Below are positions 45,575 to 55,734 of a DNA stretch of 64,000 bases, piece by piece. This DNA comes from Diplonema japonicum. Its lineage: Eukaryota > Protista > Euglenozoa: Diplonemea. Location: the NCBI GenBank assembly GCA_964019335.1, contig OZ025699.1, forward strand, positions 464,226 to 528,225, given 5' to 3'. Positions within the stretch are counted from its first letter, which is position 1. The number at the start of each line of letters is the position of its first letter. The position numbers and the translations under genes are program-made. Below the pieces are notes generated by a model. The model saw only the letters and a list, made by a program, of their open reading frames with translations, was not told where the DNA came from and did no database searches.

Positions 45575-46550
45575 CTCAGGATAATTTAAAAGAAAAGTAT
45601 ATAATATATAAAGGGGTTTTAATCTTATAATTGGTTATACGGTGTCGGTCACAACAGGCCCTGCTGTTCCAAGAATTGTACGGTTTTCTCGGCGTCTGTT
45701 GACGTGGGGCCCTGAGCGAAGGAAGGGAGGAACCGAAGATCTGACTTCTCTGGTCAGCTATACCATCGTCCTGGCATTCTTTCAGGAGGTGGCTCAGCGT
45801 CTGAGGCATCGAACAAAGGTGGCATGTGACCACATCGGCCGGGGGATTGAGTAGATACCCGCTTATGAAGGGGCTCTTCCCCACTCTCAGCCTCATGATC
45901 GCAACTTCTTGTTCCCTGTTTAGCTCTTCAAACTTCTCGAAATTCCCTGCGAAAAGCTCTCGGTATGTCTCCTTGACACCCGTTTTTTTCCAGAAGAGGA
46001 GGTGGCTCGCCTGACCCCATACGAAGCTTTTCTCTCCCCTCGCAACAGTATCGCAGCAGCTCCTCCGTTCCTGCCGTCCTTCAATGACCCGTCTGTGAAG
46101 ATCATGCAGAAGGCTTTTCCGTGCTTCTCGATAAGCCGGTTCAGAGTGTCCTCTGTTGCTTTCCTTCTGACTTCACTGGTGTCCGATCTCTTCACATGTA
46201 TGTCGAGGAAGGGGGCCAGTATCAGTTTACCCTCGAATCTCTGCCAAGGTGTAACTCTGTACTTCTTTTCGAAGGCATAACCTGAGAACGGTGTTGCCGC
46301 TCTCTCTGGTAGATTGTAGGCCCTGGCTGCCTCCCTTTGTCGATCTGACCATGTTTCTTCGGGAAAAGTACCTCGTATCTGGTCAGATCCTTCAGGGGTT
46401 GCGTAGCTTGAAAGGCAGCTGTGTTCTCCTTCCTAATGATGGACTCGTACAGCAGTAAACTGTCGTGTTCGATCAGCGCATCGAGTGTCCACAAGCCAGC
46501 CTCGTTTAGTGTAGCGAATGTCTCTGATGACGCTACACATCCTGTGATCG
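45575..46550 (-). pseudogene. Divergent ingi/I-like retrotransposon fragment (RT-RNase H linker, RNase H start, CCHC), internally deleted
   Basis: ITGCVASSETFATLNEAGL, KRSDTSEVRRKATE, IFTDGS and RLRVGKS...CHLC...HLLKEC parallel family-A motifs ITGC...LAEAGL, YTDGS and RLRIGHS...CPAC...H. Confidence 0.8.
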
Positions 46551-47217
46551 TTACTTTTAATAATAATAATAATAAATGAACCACTGACGTGCGAAGCAAA
46601 GGCTGGGGGGGGGGGGATAGAACAGGTGACCAAGGGTCTCCCTGTATCTAACGAAAGGGGGAAAGGAATGAGATAACCTTGAAACTTCCGCTAAATTATC
46701 CATACGTACCGAGGACGGAGGTGGAGCCGGTACGTGGTTCCAGTGTTCGCGACTTCGCCCACCTCCGTGACCCCGGCAGCTCTTCAGCCCGCTTCCCAAG
46801 CCAGCACCCTTCGGGCGAACCTCCGGGTTTTTGAGGAGTGGGGTACCTCGTCCGTGCTCGCCCTCACGAGCGGCACACTGGCACGGAGGCATCCCCTTCA
46901 GCCAGCTTTGTTGGGCGGCGGAGCCTTAGAAAATTCAAAACAATGGAAAATGATACGGGATTTACTTTTAATAATAATAATAAATATTCCACTACCAGGC
47001 GGGAGGATCGAAGGGGAGTAGAGAAAACAATTCAAGGGAAAGGGGAAAGGGACATCACTTCAAACCAAGAAGAGTGTTCGAAAGTGACTTGTGAAAAGCA
47101 ATCTCTGTTGCTGAGCCATTGGTCGAGGGGTCCTGGTCCGCCTCCCTGCAGTACATTACTTGGACCCCCTCACCACGCTCTTTTCATAATAAAATCGATC
47201 CCAGCCGCCTCTAGTAG

Positions 47218-49624
47218 CAAGAGACGACCTCCCAGATTTTAAGAACCTTGGAGGAGTTTCAATTGTGATTAAATTAACCAGCTGACTGTGAAACTCCACC
47301 GTCTGCTGGACTTGTTGGGCTTTCGGGAGCCAAAAATTCAATTCTTTTAAGTTTCGTTCTTTTTTTTACCACCGCAGTAGGAACCCGCCAGAGCCCCCAG
47401 AACGGGGACAACGGGGACTAAGAACAGCGCGGCCGGTGAGCGCAAAAACGCATACCTTAAAAGAATAGTTTTTTTTTTCTTTTTTCTTTTTTTTTTTTTT
47501 TTCTTCTTCTTTTTTTTTCCCAAGATAAAAGACTCAAAATCAAGCTCGATCGTGTACACCAAAACTTGACTTTTCTGCCTTTTTACTTTTTCTTTTTCTT
47601 TTTTTCTTCTTTCTTTTTTTTTTTTTTGATAGGTGAGTGAAAAGTTCGAATAACACTGGGGGCGGGGGACAGGGGCCTGGTAATGGAAAATAAGGGAAGA
47701 CACTAGGGAGGGAGGGGAAAGAATGGATAGGAGTGAATTGTAATTTAAAATAAAATAAAAAATCCGTTGTATGAAGATGAACAGTACAGCTTCGGGTTTG
47801 CCATTCATGCCTCTGTGGCCCCCAGCGCTGCCTCCGTGGCCTCCAACGCTTCCAGCGCCGCCAATGCGGCCAACAGAGCCACCGTGGCTTCCAATGCTGC
47901 CTCTGCAGCCAACCAGGCCCCTGCGGCTAACAACGACTCCGCGGCACCTAATGCCGCCAACGCCGCCACTGCGGCCAAACGCGCCCACGAGGCCACCAAC
48001 ACCACCAACGCCGCTGCTGCGGCCAACAGCTCCGCCAACGCCGCTACCGCGGCCAAACACGCCCCCGGGGCCAACAAGAAAGCCGAACCCACGACCGAGA
48101 CCGCCGCGTCCACGCCGGCCAAAACCGCCTCAGACACCTGGGAGGAGAAGCGGGTCTCGCTGGTCCCCGAACTATGGGACGGCGAAGTGATACACCCAGA
48201 GAAGACAGGGGGGAAATCCCGAGGGGTCATCCTTACAAGGAACCCGGAGGTCTTCCTCAAGCACCACACCAACAAGCACGGATCATGGACAGTGCTCTCA
48301 CTGAAGCCCTTCTCAGGGTCCTCATCTGCCACCTTGTTCACCAAACAGGGTATCAAGACTATGCACCTTATTGAGCTTAAGGGCGACGGTCCACCACCCC
48401 CGAAGTACACTGCTCCTAGAACAGTCCAGACAACCGCGACCCCTCGTCGAGCAGCTGCGAGCTGGCCCAACGCGACAGAGGGAGAAGCTCGACCACCAGA
48501 CGTGGAGCCGGCTGGTGACCGCGGCGCGCACGCAGGGGACACCGGTGGTCCTCCAGTTTGTGCCCTCCCACTGTGGGGTGGACGGGAACGAGAAGGCTGA
48601 CGCTCTGGCCGTGGAGGGAACGAAGCGGAAGCAGGACAGGCCCTCCCTTGACTACCGATCAGTGAGGGCCTTGGTGCGACGGTGGGTGGTGCGGAGGTCC
48701 GCGGAGCTCATAACATCCCTCGCCCACAACTACGCGGTGGCGACCGAGCTTCGGTCAGCGCACTTCCCCCTTGGCTTCCCCAGACAAGCTGAAACGGTCA
48801 TCTCGCGGTTGCGGATTGGTCACTCGGCTCTCTTCTTCGGCTTCCTGCAGACTGCTGGCCCGAACAGGAAGCACAAGGGTGTGCTCCGGTGCCCAGCCTG
48901 CCACGCAGCGCCGATGTCCAGGGAGCATGTTGTCGGTGGGTGCCCTGTGATCGGGAGGGGGGCGATCGACACTCCTGCTGGTACTCCCTCCCTAGCCTTC
49001 TCCCTGTCGAGACGCGTGACCCAGATCTACGACCTCGTTGTTGAGTCTGGCCTGCTCGCCTGGTCACGCTCCGGACTGTTCACCTCGCCATCATCCCTGG
49101 CGTCTACAGACGTCACTGCACCTTCAAACGTGCCGCCCCCTCCTCCGGTCTCTCTTGACGCCGGTCCCGCGGCCCCCGTGCTGCGCTAAGGGATCGCCCG
49201 CGTGTGTGAAAAGTGAAATGTTGCTTTTTCCACTTTCCTTTCCCATCCTTCCCCTTCCTCTCACTGTTTCCCATTTCCCCTTTTTTTTTTATTTTCACAC
49301 TCACCAATGATTCGCTCAATAGGAGCAATACCTCCCTGGGGGGCTTTCCGCCGGAGGTTCCAGCCAAAGAAGGACATCCAGCTGGAAGGTAGGCCCCCGT
49401 TTTTCTCTCACTTGACTGAGGGAATAATGTAATTCAGCCCTCTTCGGCTGTCCCAAAGCAGAGCACGGGTTGGTGGGGGACCAGGGCTCCTCCTGCTTGC
49501 AGAAGCCTGGTCCTTTGCCCTCTTGCCCTCCCTATTTCCCCATGGTTTCCCTTCACCTTTTTTTCCCCTTTTCTCAGGTGTTGCTCTCCATGGCGGCCCT
49601 GCATTGGTATTTTGAAAAAAAAAA
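47218..49624 (+). mobile_element. Internally deleted family-A derivative: 5' structured region, ORF1-like start (47767-48440) joined to RNase H/3'UTR/poly(A) (48441-49624)
   Basis: 48441-49624 matches 52509-53696. The upstream Ala/Asn-rich ORF is cut at the junction. Poly(A) ends 7 nt before tRNA-Gly. Confidence 0.75.
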
Positions 49625-49631
49625 CTGTAAG

Positions 49632-49702
49632 GCGTAAATGGTCTAGTGGTAGAATGGCTCCCTGCCACGGAGTCGGCCCGGGTTCGATTCCCGGTTTACG
49701 CA
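49632..49702 (+). tRNA. tRNA-Gly (GCC)
   Basis: GCGTAAATGGTCTAGTGGTAGAATGGCTCCCT-GCC-ACGGAGTCGGCCCGGGTTCGATTCCCGGTTTACGCA, followed by TTTTTT. Confidence 0.95.
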
Positions 49703-49769
49703 TTTTTTCCCTGACCACTTCACTCTCCTACCATTGGACATATAGAGAAAAGCCCCACCCGAAGGCATG

Positions 49770-52700
49770 AGCCGAAGACTTAGAGAAAAGCCCCACCCGA
49801 AGGCATGAGCCGAAGGCTTGAGCCGAAGACGCTGGGCACGTGGGGCTCCGATCATAGTCCCGTATCCTTTCACCTGCCTCTTGAGGACGTCTACCGTTCG
49901 GAGCGCCCCTTCCCCACCTGGAATTTCAAAAAAGCCAGATGGGATGACTACACTGCTGCTGTTGCCCGCCTGCTTGCTGGTGTTGACACGGCGGCTCCGA
50001 TTGACTCTGTCACGAAGGGGTTTACACAAGCCCTTTTGACTGCGGCGAACGACCACATTCCCCTCTGTGGGATGCGACGTGGCCCGACCCCCTGGTGGAC
50101 TGCTGAGCTCGAGGACGCCTTCGAAGAGCGGAACACCCTGCGCGAACTCCTGCTTCAAGAGGCGGACGTGGTGGAGGAGTACAGGGCGAAGGTGAAGGAA
50201 GTCAACCGACTCCTTGACGAGACGAAGCGTGAGGCATGGGGAAGGATGGCGGCCGACCTCAGCCGGAGCAAGGACCTCGGGGCTGCGTTCAGAGCGGTGA
50301 AGAAGCTGGACGGCAGGCACCGAAAGACACACCTTCCTGTACTCGAGGGAAGATTTGTGTCGGACAAGGCGAAGGCCGACCGGCTGGGGGCGCACTTCGC
50401 TAAGCTCTACGGCAGGCGTGGTGACGGGAACTCGAAGGACGCCGCTCCTTCTGCAAGCAGACTCGGGTGTCAAGCGTTCACCGTGGACGACCTCACCCGC
50501 GGCCTGAGAAGGATGAAGACGCGCAGCGCGGCCGGGGAAGACGGAATCTTCTCGGAGATGCTCCTACACCTGAACACGGACTCCCTCGGTGTCCTCCTTC
50601 TACTCCTCAATCGCTCCTGGCTGATGGGTGTCGTCCCCGGTGCCTGGAAGAAGGGAGTGATCGTCCCGGTACCGAAACCTGGAAAAGATGCGACTCTCTT
50701 GGCTTCCTACCGGCCGATCTGCCTGACCAGCTGCCTCTGCAAGCTGCTGGAGAGGATGATCGAGGAGAGGCTCACGTTTCTTCTTGACGCGGACGGGACG
50801 GGAGTCGAGGGACTCCACGACAGCCAGGCTGGTTTCAGACGCGGCCGCTCCACGGAGGAGCAGGTGGCAACCCTCACTGAGTGCATGTCGAGGAACAAAG
50901 ACGATCGACGTCTCTCGGCCGCTCTGCTGTTCGACTTCTCTTCTGCCTTCGACCTGGTGCCCCATGGTGCCCTGCTGGACAAGATGCGAGGGAAGGGTCT
51001 CCCCGAACCCTTCGTGGAGTGGACGCGGTCCTTTCTATGCGGCCGTACTGCCGCGGTCACGATTGGACGGTCGAGGGGGTCGACGACGAAGGTGCGACGG
51101 GGTGTCCCCCAGGGCTCTGTCTTGGGTCCCATCCTGTACACCATCTACGTCGACGAACTCGCCAGGAGACTGGAGGGACTGGCGGACGTCTCGGTGCTCT
51201 ACGCCGACGACGTGGCGGTTGTGATCTCCTCTGGACAAGGGGACGTGGCTGGGCTGGAGCGGAAGGCGCAGGCAGTGGTGGAAGCGGTTGAGGACTGGTG
51301 CAGGGAGCGTGACATGCTGCTGAGCACGTCCAAGACGCAGGCAGTCTGCGTCCCCCCCCAGAAACGTCTCGGGGTCTACTTCACTTCGTCACGAGTCCCC
51401 CTTCAGCCAGGTGCCTTCCAGAACCCACTCTTCGGCCTGGGGGTGAACGCCGATGGCACGATCTCCGGGGACCAGGAGTTGGCGGGCCTTCAGGTTGTGG
51501 AGGCGGGTGGTGTGCGGATCCGCTGCGTGCGGGACATGCATGCAGCCGTGCGACGGCCCGACGTGGATTACGTTGCGGCCCGTCCCCTGCCTCTGTCTGA
51601 ACACGCGAGGTACCTTGGGGTTACGGTGGACTCTGGGCTCACGTTCGGTGAACACGCACAGGACATCCTACGGCGGGCCAGCAAAAGGCTGAGGGTGCTG
51701 AAGCTCTTGTCCGGCACGTCCTGGGGCAGCAAGAGGGACACTCTGCGGTCTCTCTACGTTACGTACATCCTCCCGCTGCTGCGCTACTGCATGGGGGTCT
51801 ACTACAGCAGGCTCGATGATGTCGGGAGGAAGGACCTGGCTGGGCTTCACCAGGAGGCGGCGGTGCTGATCACGGGCTGCTGGAGTGGCTCCGGAGGGTA
51901 CAAGCTCCTAGCAGAGGCAGGACTGCTTCCCCTCGAAAGAATGGCGGAGGGTGCTGCGGCGACGATGACGGCGAAGGCCTTCTGCTGGCAGTCTTCCCCG
52001 GTTCACAGGGAGACGGTCAAGCTGAAGCAGGCGAACAGGCTGGGGTGTGGGTGGCTGCGCTCTGGCTACCAAGCACTGCGTCGATGCGGGTTGGAACCAA
52101 AGGTGCACTTCGAGTACCTGTCGGCCACGCCCCTGGCGGCCCCGTGGCAGACAGGCATGGTCGACTTCAGGACTGACCTCCCCGGCGGGGTCACGCGATC
52201 GTCGCCAGACGCGGACAGGCGGAAGGCGGCCGAGGCTGCTCTTGCGGCTCTCCCCCCGGGCATCCATGCCTACACGGATGGCTCGGTTGTACAGGTCGGA
52301 CAGAAGGCGAAAGGTGGCTCTGGGGTTTATCTGCAGCTGCCTCCCCCCCTGACCCCTGTGTCTGTGTGCCATGGCGTCAACGACTTCTGTTCATCTTTTC
52401 GGGCAGAGGGCATGGCTGTGAAAACGGCGCTGGATATGGTGGCTACCCTCCGAAAAACACACCCTTCGCTGGCGAAGTCCCCGCTGTCGATCTGCACCGA
52501 CTCCCTCTCCCTCGTCGAGCAGCTGCGAGCTGGCCCAACGCGACAGAGGGAGAAGCTCGACCACCAGACGTGGAGCCGGCTGGTGACCGCGGCGCGCACG
52601 CAGGGGACACCGGTGGTCCTCCAGTTTGTGCCCTCCCACTGTGGGGTGGACGGGAACGAGAAGGCTGACGCTCTGGCCGTGGAGGGAACGAAGCGGAAGC

Positions 52701-53696
52701 AGGACAGGCCCTCCCTTGACTACCGATCAGTGAGGGCCCTGGTGCGACGGTGGGTGGTGCGGAGGTCCGCGGAGCTCATAACATCCCTCGCCCACAACTA
52801 CGCGGTGGCGACCGAGCTTCGGTCCGCGCACTTCCCCCTTGGCTTCCCCAGACAAGCTGAAACGGTCATCTCGCGGCTGCGGATTGGTCACTCGGCTCTC
52901 TTCTTCGGCTTCCTGCAGACTGCTGGCCCGAACAGGAAGCACAAGGGTGTGCTCCGGTGCCCAGCCTGCCACGCAGCACCGATGTCCAGGGAGCATGTTG
53001 TCGGTGGGTGCCCTGTGATCGGGAGGGGGGCGATCGACACTCCTGCTGGTACTCCCTCCCTAGCCTTCTCCCTGTCGAGACGCGTGACCCAGATCTACGA
53101 CCTCATTGTTGAGTCTGGCCTGCTCGCCTGGTCACGCTCCGGACTGTTCACCTCGCCATCATCCCTGGCGTCTACAGACGTCACTGCACCTTCAAACGTG
53201 CCGCCCCCTCCTCCGGTCTCTCTTGACGCCGGTCCCGCGGCCCCCGTGCTGCGCTAAGGGATCGCCCGCGTGTGTGTAAAGTGAAATGTTGTGTTTTCCA
53301 CTTTCCTTTCCCTTCCTTTCCCTTCCTTCACCTTCCTCTCACTGTTTCCCATTTCCCCTTTTTATTTTATTTTCACACTCACCAATGATTCGCTCAATAG
53401 GAGCAATACCTCCCTGGGGGGCTTTCCGCCGGAGGTTCCAGCCAAAGAAGGACATCCAGCTGGAAGGTAGGCCCCCGTTTTTCTCTCACTTGACTGAGGG
53501 AATAATGTAATTCAGCCCTCTTCGGCTGTCCCAAAGCAGAGCACGGGTTGGTGGGGGACCAGGGCTCCTCCTGCTTGCAGAAGCCTGGTCCTTTGCCCTC
53601 CCTATTTCCCCATGGTTTCCCTTCACCTTTTTTTTCCCTTTTCTCAGGTGTTGCTCTCCATGGCGGCCCTGCATTGGTATTTTGAAAAAAAAAAAA
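49770..53696 (+). mobile_element. Family-A ingi/I-group-like non-LTR retrotransposon, 5'-truncated, with 11-bp TSD CCGAAGGCATG
   Basis: Uninterrupted ORF, ~430-nt 3'UTR, poly(A) at 53685-53696. TSD at 49759-49769 (again at 49797-49807) and 53697-53707. Confidence 0.95.
49805..53257 (+). CDS. Retrotransposon pol: APE C-terminal remnant, reverse transcriptase, RNase H, CCHC finger (N-terminally truncated)
   Basis: GSDHSPV; YRPICLTS, QAGFRRGRST, DFSSAFD, GVPQGSVLGP, YADD, RYLGV; RNase H YTDGS/AE/TDS/VPSHCGVDGNEKAD; CPAC..H..C. Confidence 0.93.
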   Translation: MSRRLEPKTLGTWGSDHSPVSFHLPLEDVYRSERPFPTWNFKKARWDDYTAAVARLLAGVDTAAPIDSVTKGFTQALLTAANDHIPLCGMRRGPTPWWTAELEDAFEERNTLRELLLQEADVVEEYRAKVKEVNRLLDETKREAWGRMAADLSRSKDLGAAFRAVKKLDGRHRKTHLPVLEGRFVSDKAKADRLGAHFAKLYGRRGDGNSKDAAPSASRLGCQAFTVDDLTRGLRRMKTRSAAGEDGIFSEMLLHLNTDSLGVLLLLLNRSWLMGVVPGAWKKGVIVPVPKPGKDATLLASYRPICLTSCLCKLLERMIEERLTFLLDADGTGVEGLHDSQAGFRRGRSTEEQVATLTECMSRNKDDRRLSAALLFDFSSAFDLVPHGALLDKMRGKGLPEPFVEWTRSFLCGRTAAVTIGRSRGSTTKVRRGVPQGSVLGPILYTIYVDELARRLEGLADVSVLYADDVAVVISSGQGDVAGLERKAQAVVEAVEDWCRERDMLLSTSKTQAVCVPPQKRLGVYFTSSRVPLQPGAFQNPLFGLGVNADGTISGDQELAGLQVVEAGGVRIRCVRDMHAAVRRPDVDYVAARPLPLSEHARYLGVTVDSGLTFGEHAQDILRRASKRLRVLKLLSGTSWGSKRDTLRSLYVTYILPLLRYCMGVYYSRLDDVGRKDLAGLHQEAAVLITGCWSGSGGYKLLAEAGLLPLERMAEGAAATMTAKAFCWQSSPVHRETVKLKQANRLGCGWLRSGYQALRRCGLEPKVHFEYLSATPLAAPWQTGMVDFRTDLPGGVTRSSPDADRRKAAEAALAALPPGIHAYTDGSVVQVGQKAKGGSGVYLQLPPPLTPVSVCHGVNDFCSSFRAEGMAVKTALDMVATLRKTHPSLAKSPLSICTDSLSLVEQLRAGPTRQREKLDHQTWSRLVTAARTQGTPVVLQFVPSHCGVDGNEKADALAVEGTKRKQDRPSLDYRSVRALVRRWVVRRSAELITSLAHNYAVATELRSAHFPLGFPRQAETVISRLRIGHSALFFGFLQTAGPNRKHKGVLRCPACHAAPMSREHVVGGCPVIGRGAIDTPAGTPSLAFSLSRRVTQIYDLIVESGLLAWSRSGLFTSPSSLASTDVTAPSNVPPPPPVSLDAGPAAPVLR

Positions 53697-53707
53697 CCGA
53701 AGGCATG

Positions 53708-53779
53708 GGGCGTTTAGCTCAGTGGAAGAGCGCCCGTTTCGCATACGGGAGGTCGAGGGTTCGAACCCCTCAATGTCCA
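53708..53779 (+). tRNA. tRNA-Ala (CGC)
   Basis: GGGCGTTTAGCTCAGTGGAAGAGCGCCCGTTT-CGC-ATACGGGAGGTCGAGGGTTCGAACCCCTCAATGTCCA; G3:U70 alanine identity pair; oligo-T terminator. Confidence 0.95.
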
Positions 53780-53955
53780 CCTTTTTTTTGCGGGCCGTTG
53801 CTAACTTAGTGAATTTTTTTCTCTTTTTTGCTTTTTGCTTTTTGTTTTATCGTCTTGTCTTAAACGAAAATCTCCGGAAGGAAAAATGTCCGGAAGCCCT
53901 GACCGGCCGGATGATGTCGGACATTTTTCCTTTGGGGGGTTTCTTTCTTTTTTTT

Positions 53956-54388
53956 TTTTATTTCACTCTTCGTCATTTTCTTCACTCACTAGGGGCCTCA
54001 TTATTTAACGCGAAATGGCCATTATTTAACGCGAAACGGCCATTATTTAACGCGAAATCGCCATTATTTAACTAGTTAAATAATGAGATTTTGCAGTTAA
54101 ATAATGGCCCTTCAGAGTGAAAAAATGGGTCTTGTCGTGGAAAAAAATGCACCCAACCCCTTGAAAAATTTTTTTGGGGTGGGGGTATTTTGACTATTTT
54201 TGGCCATCTGAGGCCATTCCAGCCCTTAAAAGTGGGAATAAGTGCCTTACTTCCCCTTTAAATGCCACGGCGAAATAGCTACCCTGTATTACCTTAGGAA
54301 AATCCCCAAAAAGCTGACCTGCGTGAAAAAAAACAGCAGTGAAAGCAGTGAAGAGTGAGTGACTCAAATGACGAAGAGTGAAATAAAA
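53956..54388. mobile_element. MITE-like element with ~35-bp terminal inverted repeats and internal 21-bp phased repeats
   Basis: TTTTATTTCACTCTTCGTCATTT..TCACTCACT (53956-53990) versus its reverse complement (54354-54388). Confidence 0.75.
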
Positions 54389-54396
54389 CGACTTAC

Positions 54397-54518
54397 TTGC
54401 CGCCAAATGAGCCATTATTTAACACTCGTTACCCGTTTTTTTGCACTCGGGCCCTGCGGGCCCTCGTGCAAAAAATTCGGGAACTCGAGTTAAATAATGA
54501 CTCATTATTTGTTGGCAA
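54397..54518. repeat. ~120-bp imperfect palindrome
   Basis: AATGAGCCATTATTTAAC...TTTTTTGCAC.CGGGCCC..CGGGCCC.CGTGCAAAAAA...GTTAAATAATGACTCATT. Confidence 0.8.
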
Positions 54519-54587
54519 TAAATAGTTATTTTTTTTTGTTACAAATATTTATGTTTCAAAAAATGATTTTATAACTATATGCAACTT

Positions 54588-54672
54588 GTGCCGAGCAAAA
54601 AACTTTCGCAGCTCTTTAAAAAACCTTTTTTGCTCGTGCGAACAACAAAGACATATAGTCATAAAGAATTAT
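54588..54672 (+). repeat. Short dispersed repeat (other copies 57089-57183 and degenerate 11048-11128)
   Basis: GTGCCGAGCAAAAA...CTCGTGCGAA...GTCATAA(A/T)..GAATT recurs. Confidence 0.75.
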
Positions 54673-55734
54673 TTTTTTTTTGTACTTCAGTAAGTAGTTC
54701 TATTCTTCCCTTCGTCTTTCGAGTTCCACTCACTGCTACTACTAAAAAGAGAGAACATGGTGGCCCTTTATTATGACACCCTCTTTTTTTTCTTTCTTTT
54801 GGCCGGTGAACGCAAAAGCGCATACCTTAAAAGAATAGTTTCTTTTTAATTTTTCCAGGTGGTGAGGATAACATGAAAATATAAGAAAAACATCAGATGT
54901 GTTGTTCGCTGTTGACCTCCTCGTCGGTCATCACCGGTAGCGCCCGAGTGGAAGATCATAAAGCAGATGCTCAGGGTGACGCAGAATTTTGGTTACCCGG
55001 GACGCCCCGGCTGGGGTTGAGCTGTACACCGCACGCATTGAGGACACGGCGCGGAACGCAGAAGAAGCTACAACTCGGCCGCGGTGCGCCCCTTGTAATC
55101 AAGTAGACAGTTCTTGTGCAGGGCGCCGTCAACACCGGCCTCCTTTAACTCACATATATATAAAGGGGGGGTCCGAATATTCCCTCCCAAATAATGCGTT
55201 TTTTCCCAAATACTGTAAAACAAAAATCCACCGGAAGATAAAATATCCGGACCGCCGAAACATCCGGTGATTTTTTTCTTCTGGACATTTTATTTGGGCA
55301 CTTTTCTAAGGGGGTACCTAGCCTGACCTACGCACTGTACCCTCTGTCTGGAAAACTTATATTTCTGTTGCAAGAGTCTTAAGAACGGCAAAAATAAAAT
55401 TCAAATCCGACGAAAGCTGCATGCTCTAAAAAGGGGAAGGACATATCTCGCGACTCCTCCAGGTGCTGACCTCATCAGGTGACTGAAATGATATTGCAAG
55501 TGGGAATATCTTCAGGTGGGAGGCACCCTTCAATGGCTGCGTCCCAGCAGGTTGGAGAGTACTTTTCCCGACCAATAAAACTAAAAAAGGGGCGAGGAAA
55601 GGGCTACCTGTCCGCACGTCTGGCCGTCTTGTTTGCTGCTTAACTTACAGTCATTTCAGCTGCCTTCGCAGTCTTGGCAGTGCGCCTGGCCTCGGCCTCA
55701 GCAAGTCTTGGGCTGGCACAAATTGGTGAAGTCT

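Noticed and set aside
47278-47298. Hammerhead ribozyme core (CTGA...GAAA)
   Set aside because: The sequence is CTGACTGTGAAA, lacking CUGANGA and stem II.
49625-49631. 5' partner of the tRNA-Gly TSD
   Set aside because: No matching CTGTAAG was found by eye near the 5' end (~47200), so a TSD is not claimed for this copy.
53999-54106. CRISPR-like array
   Set aside because: 11-bp repeats with near-identical 10-bp spacers, no cas genes, eukaryotic context.
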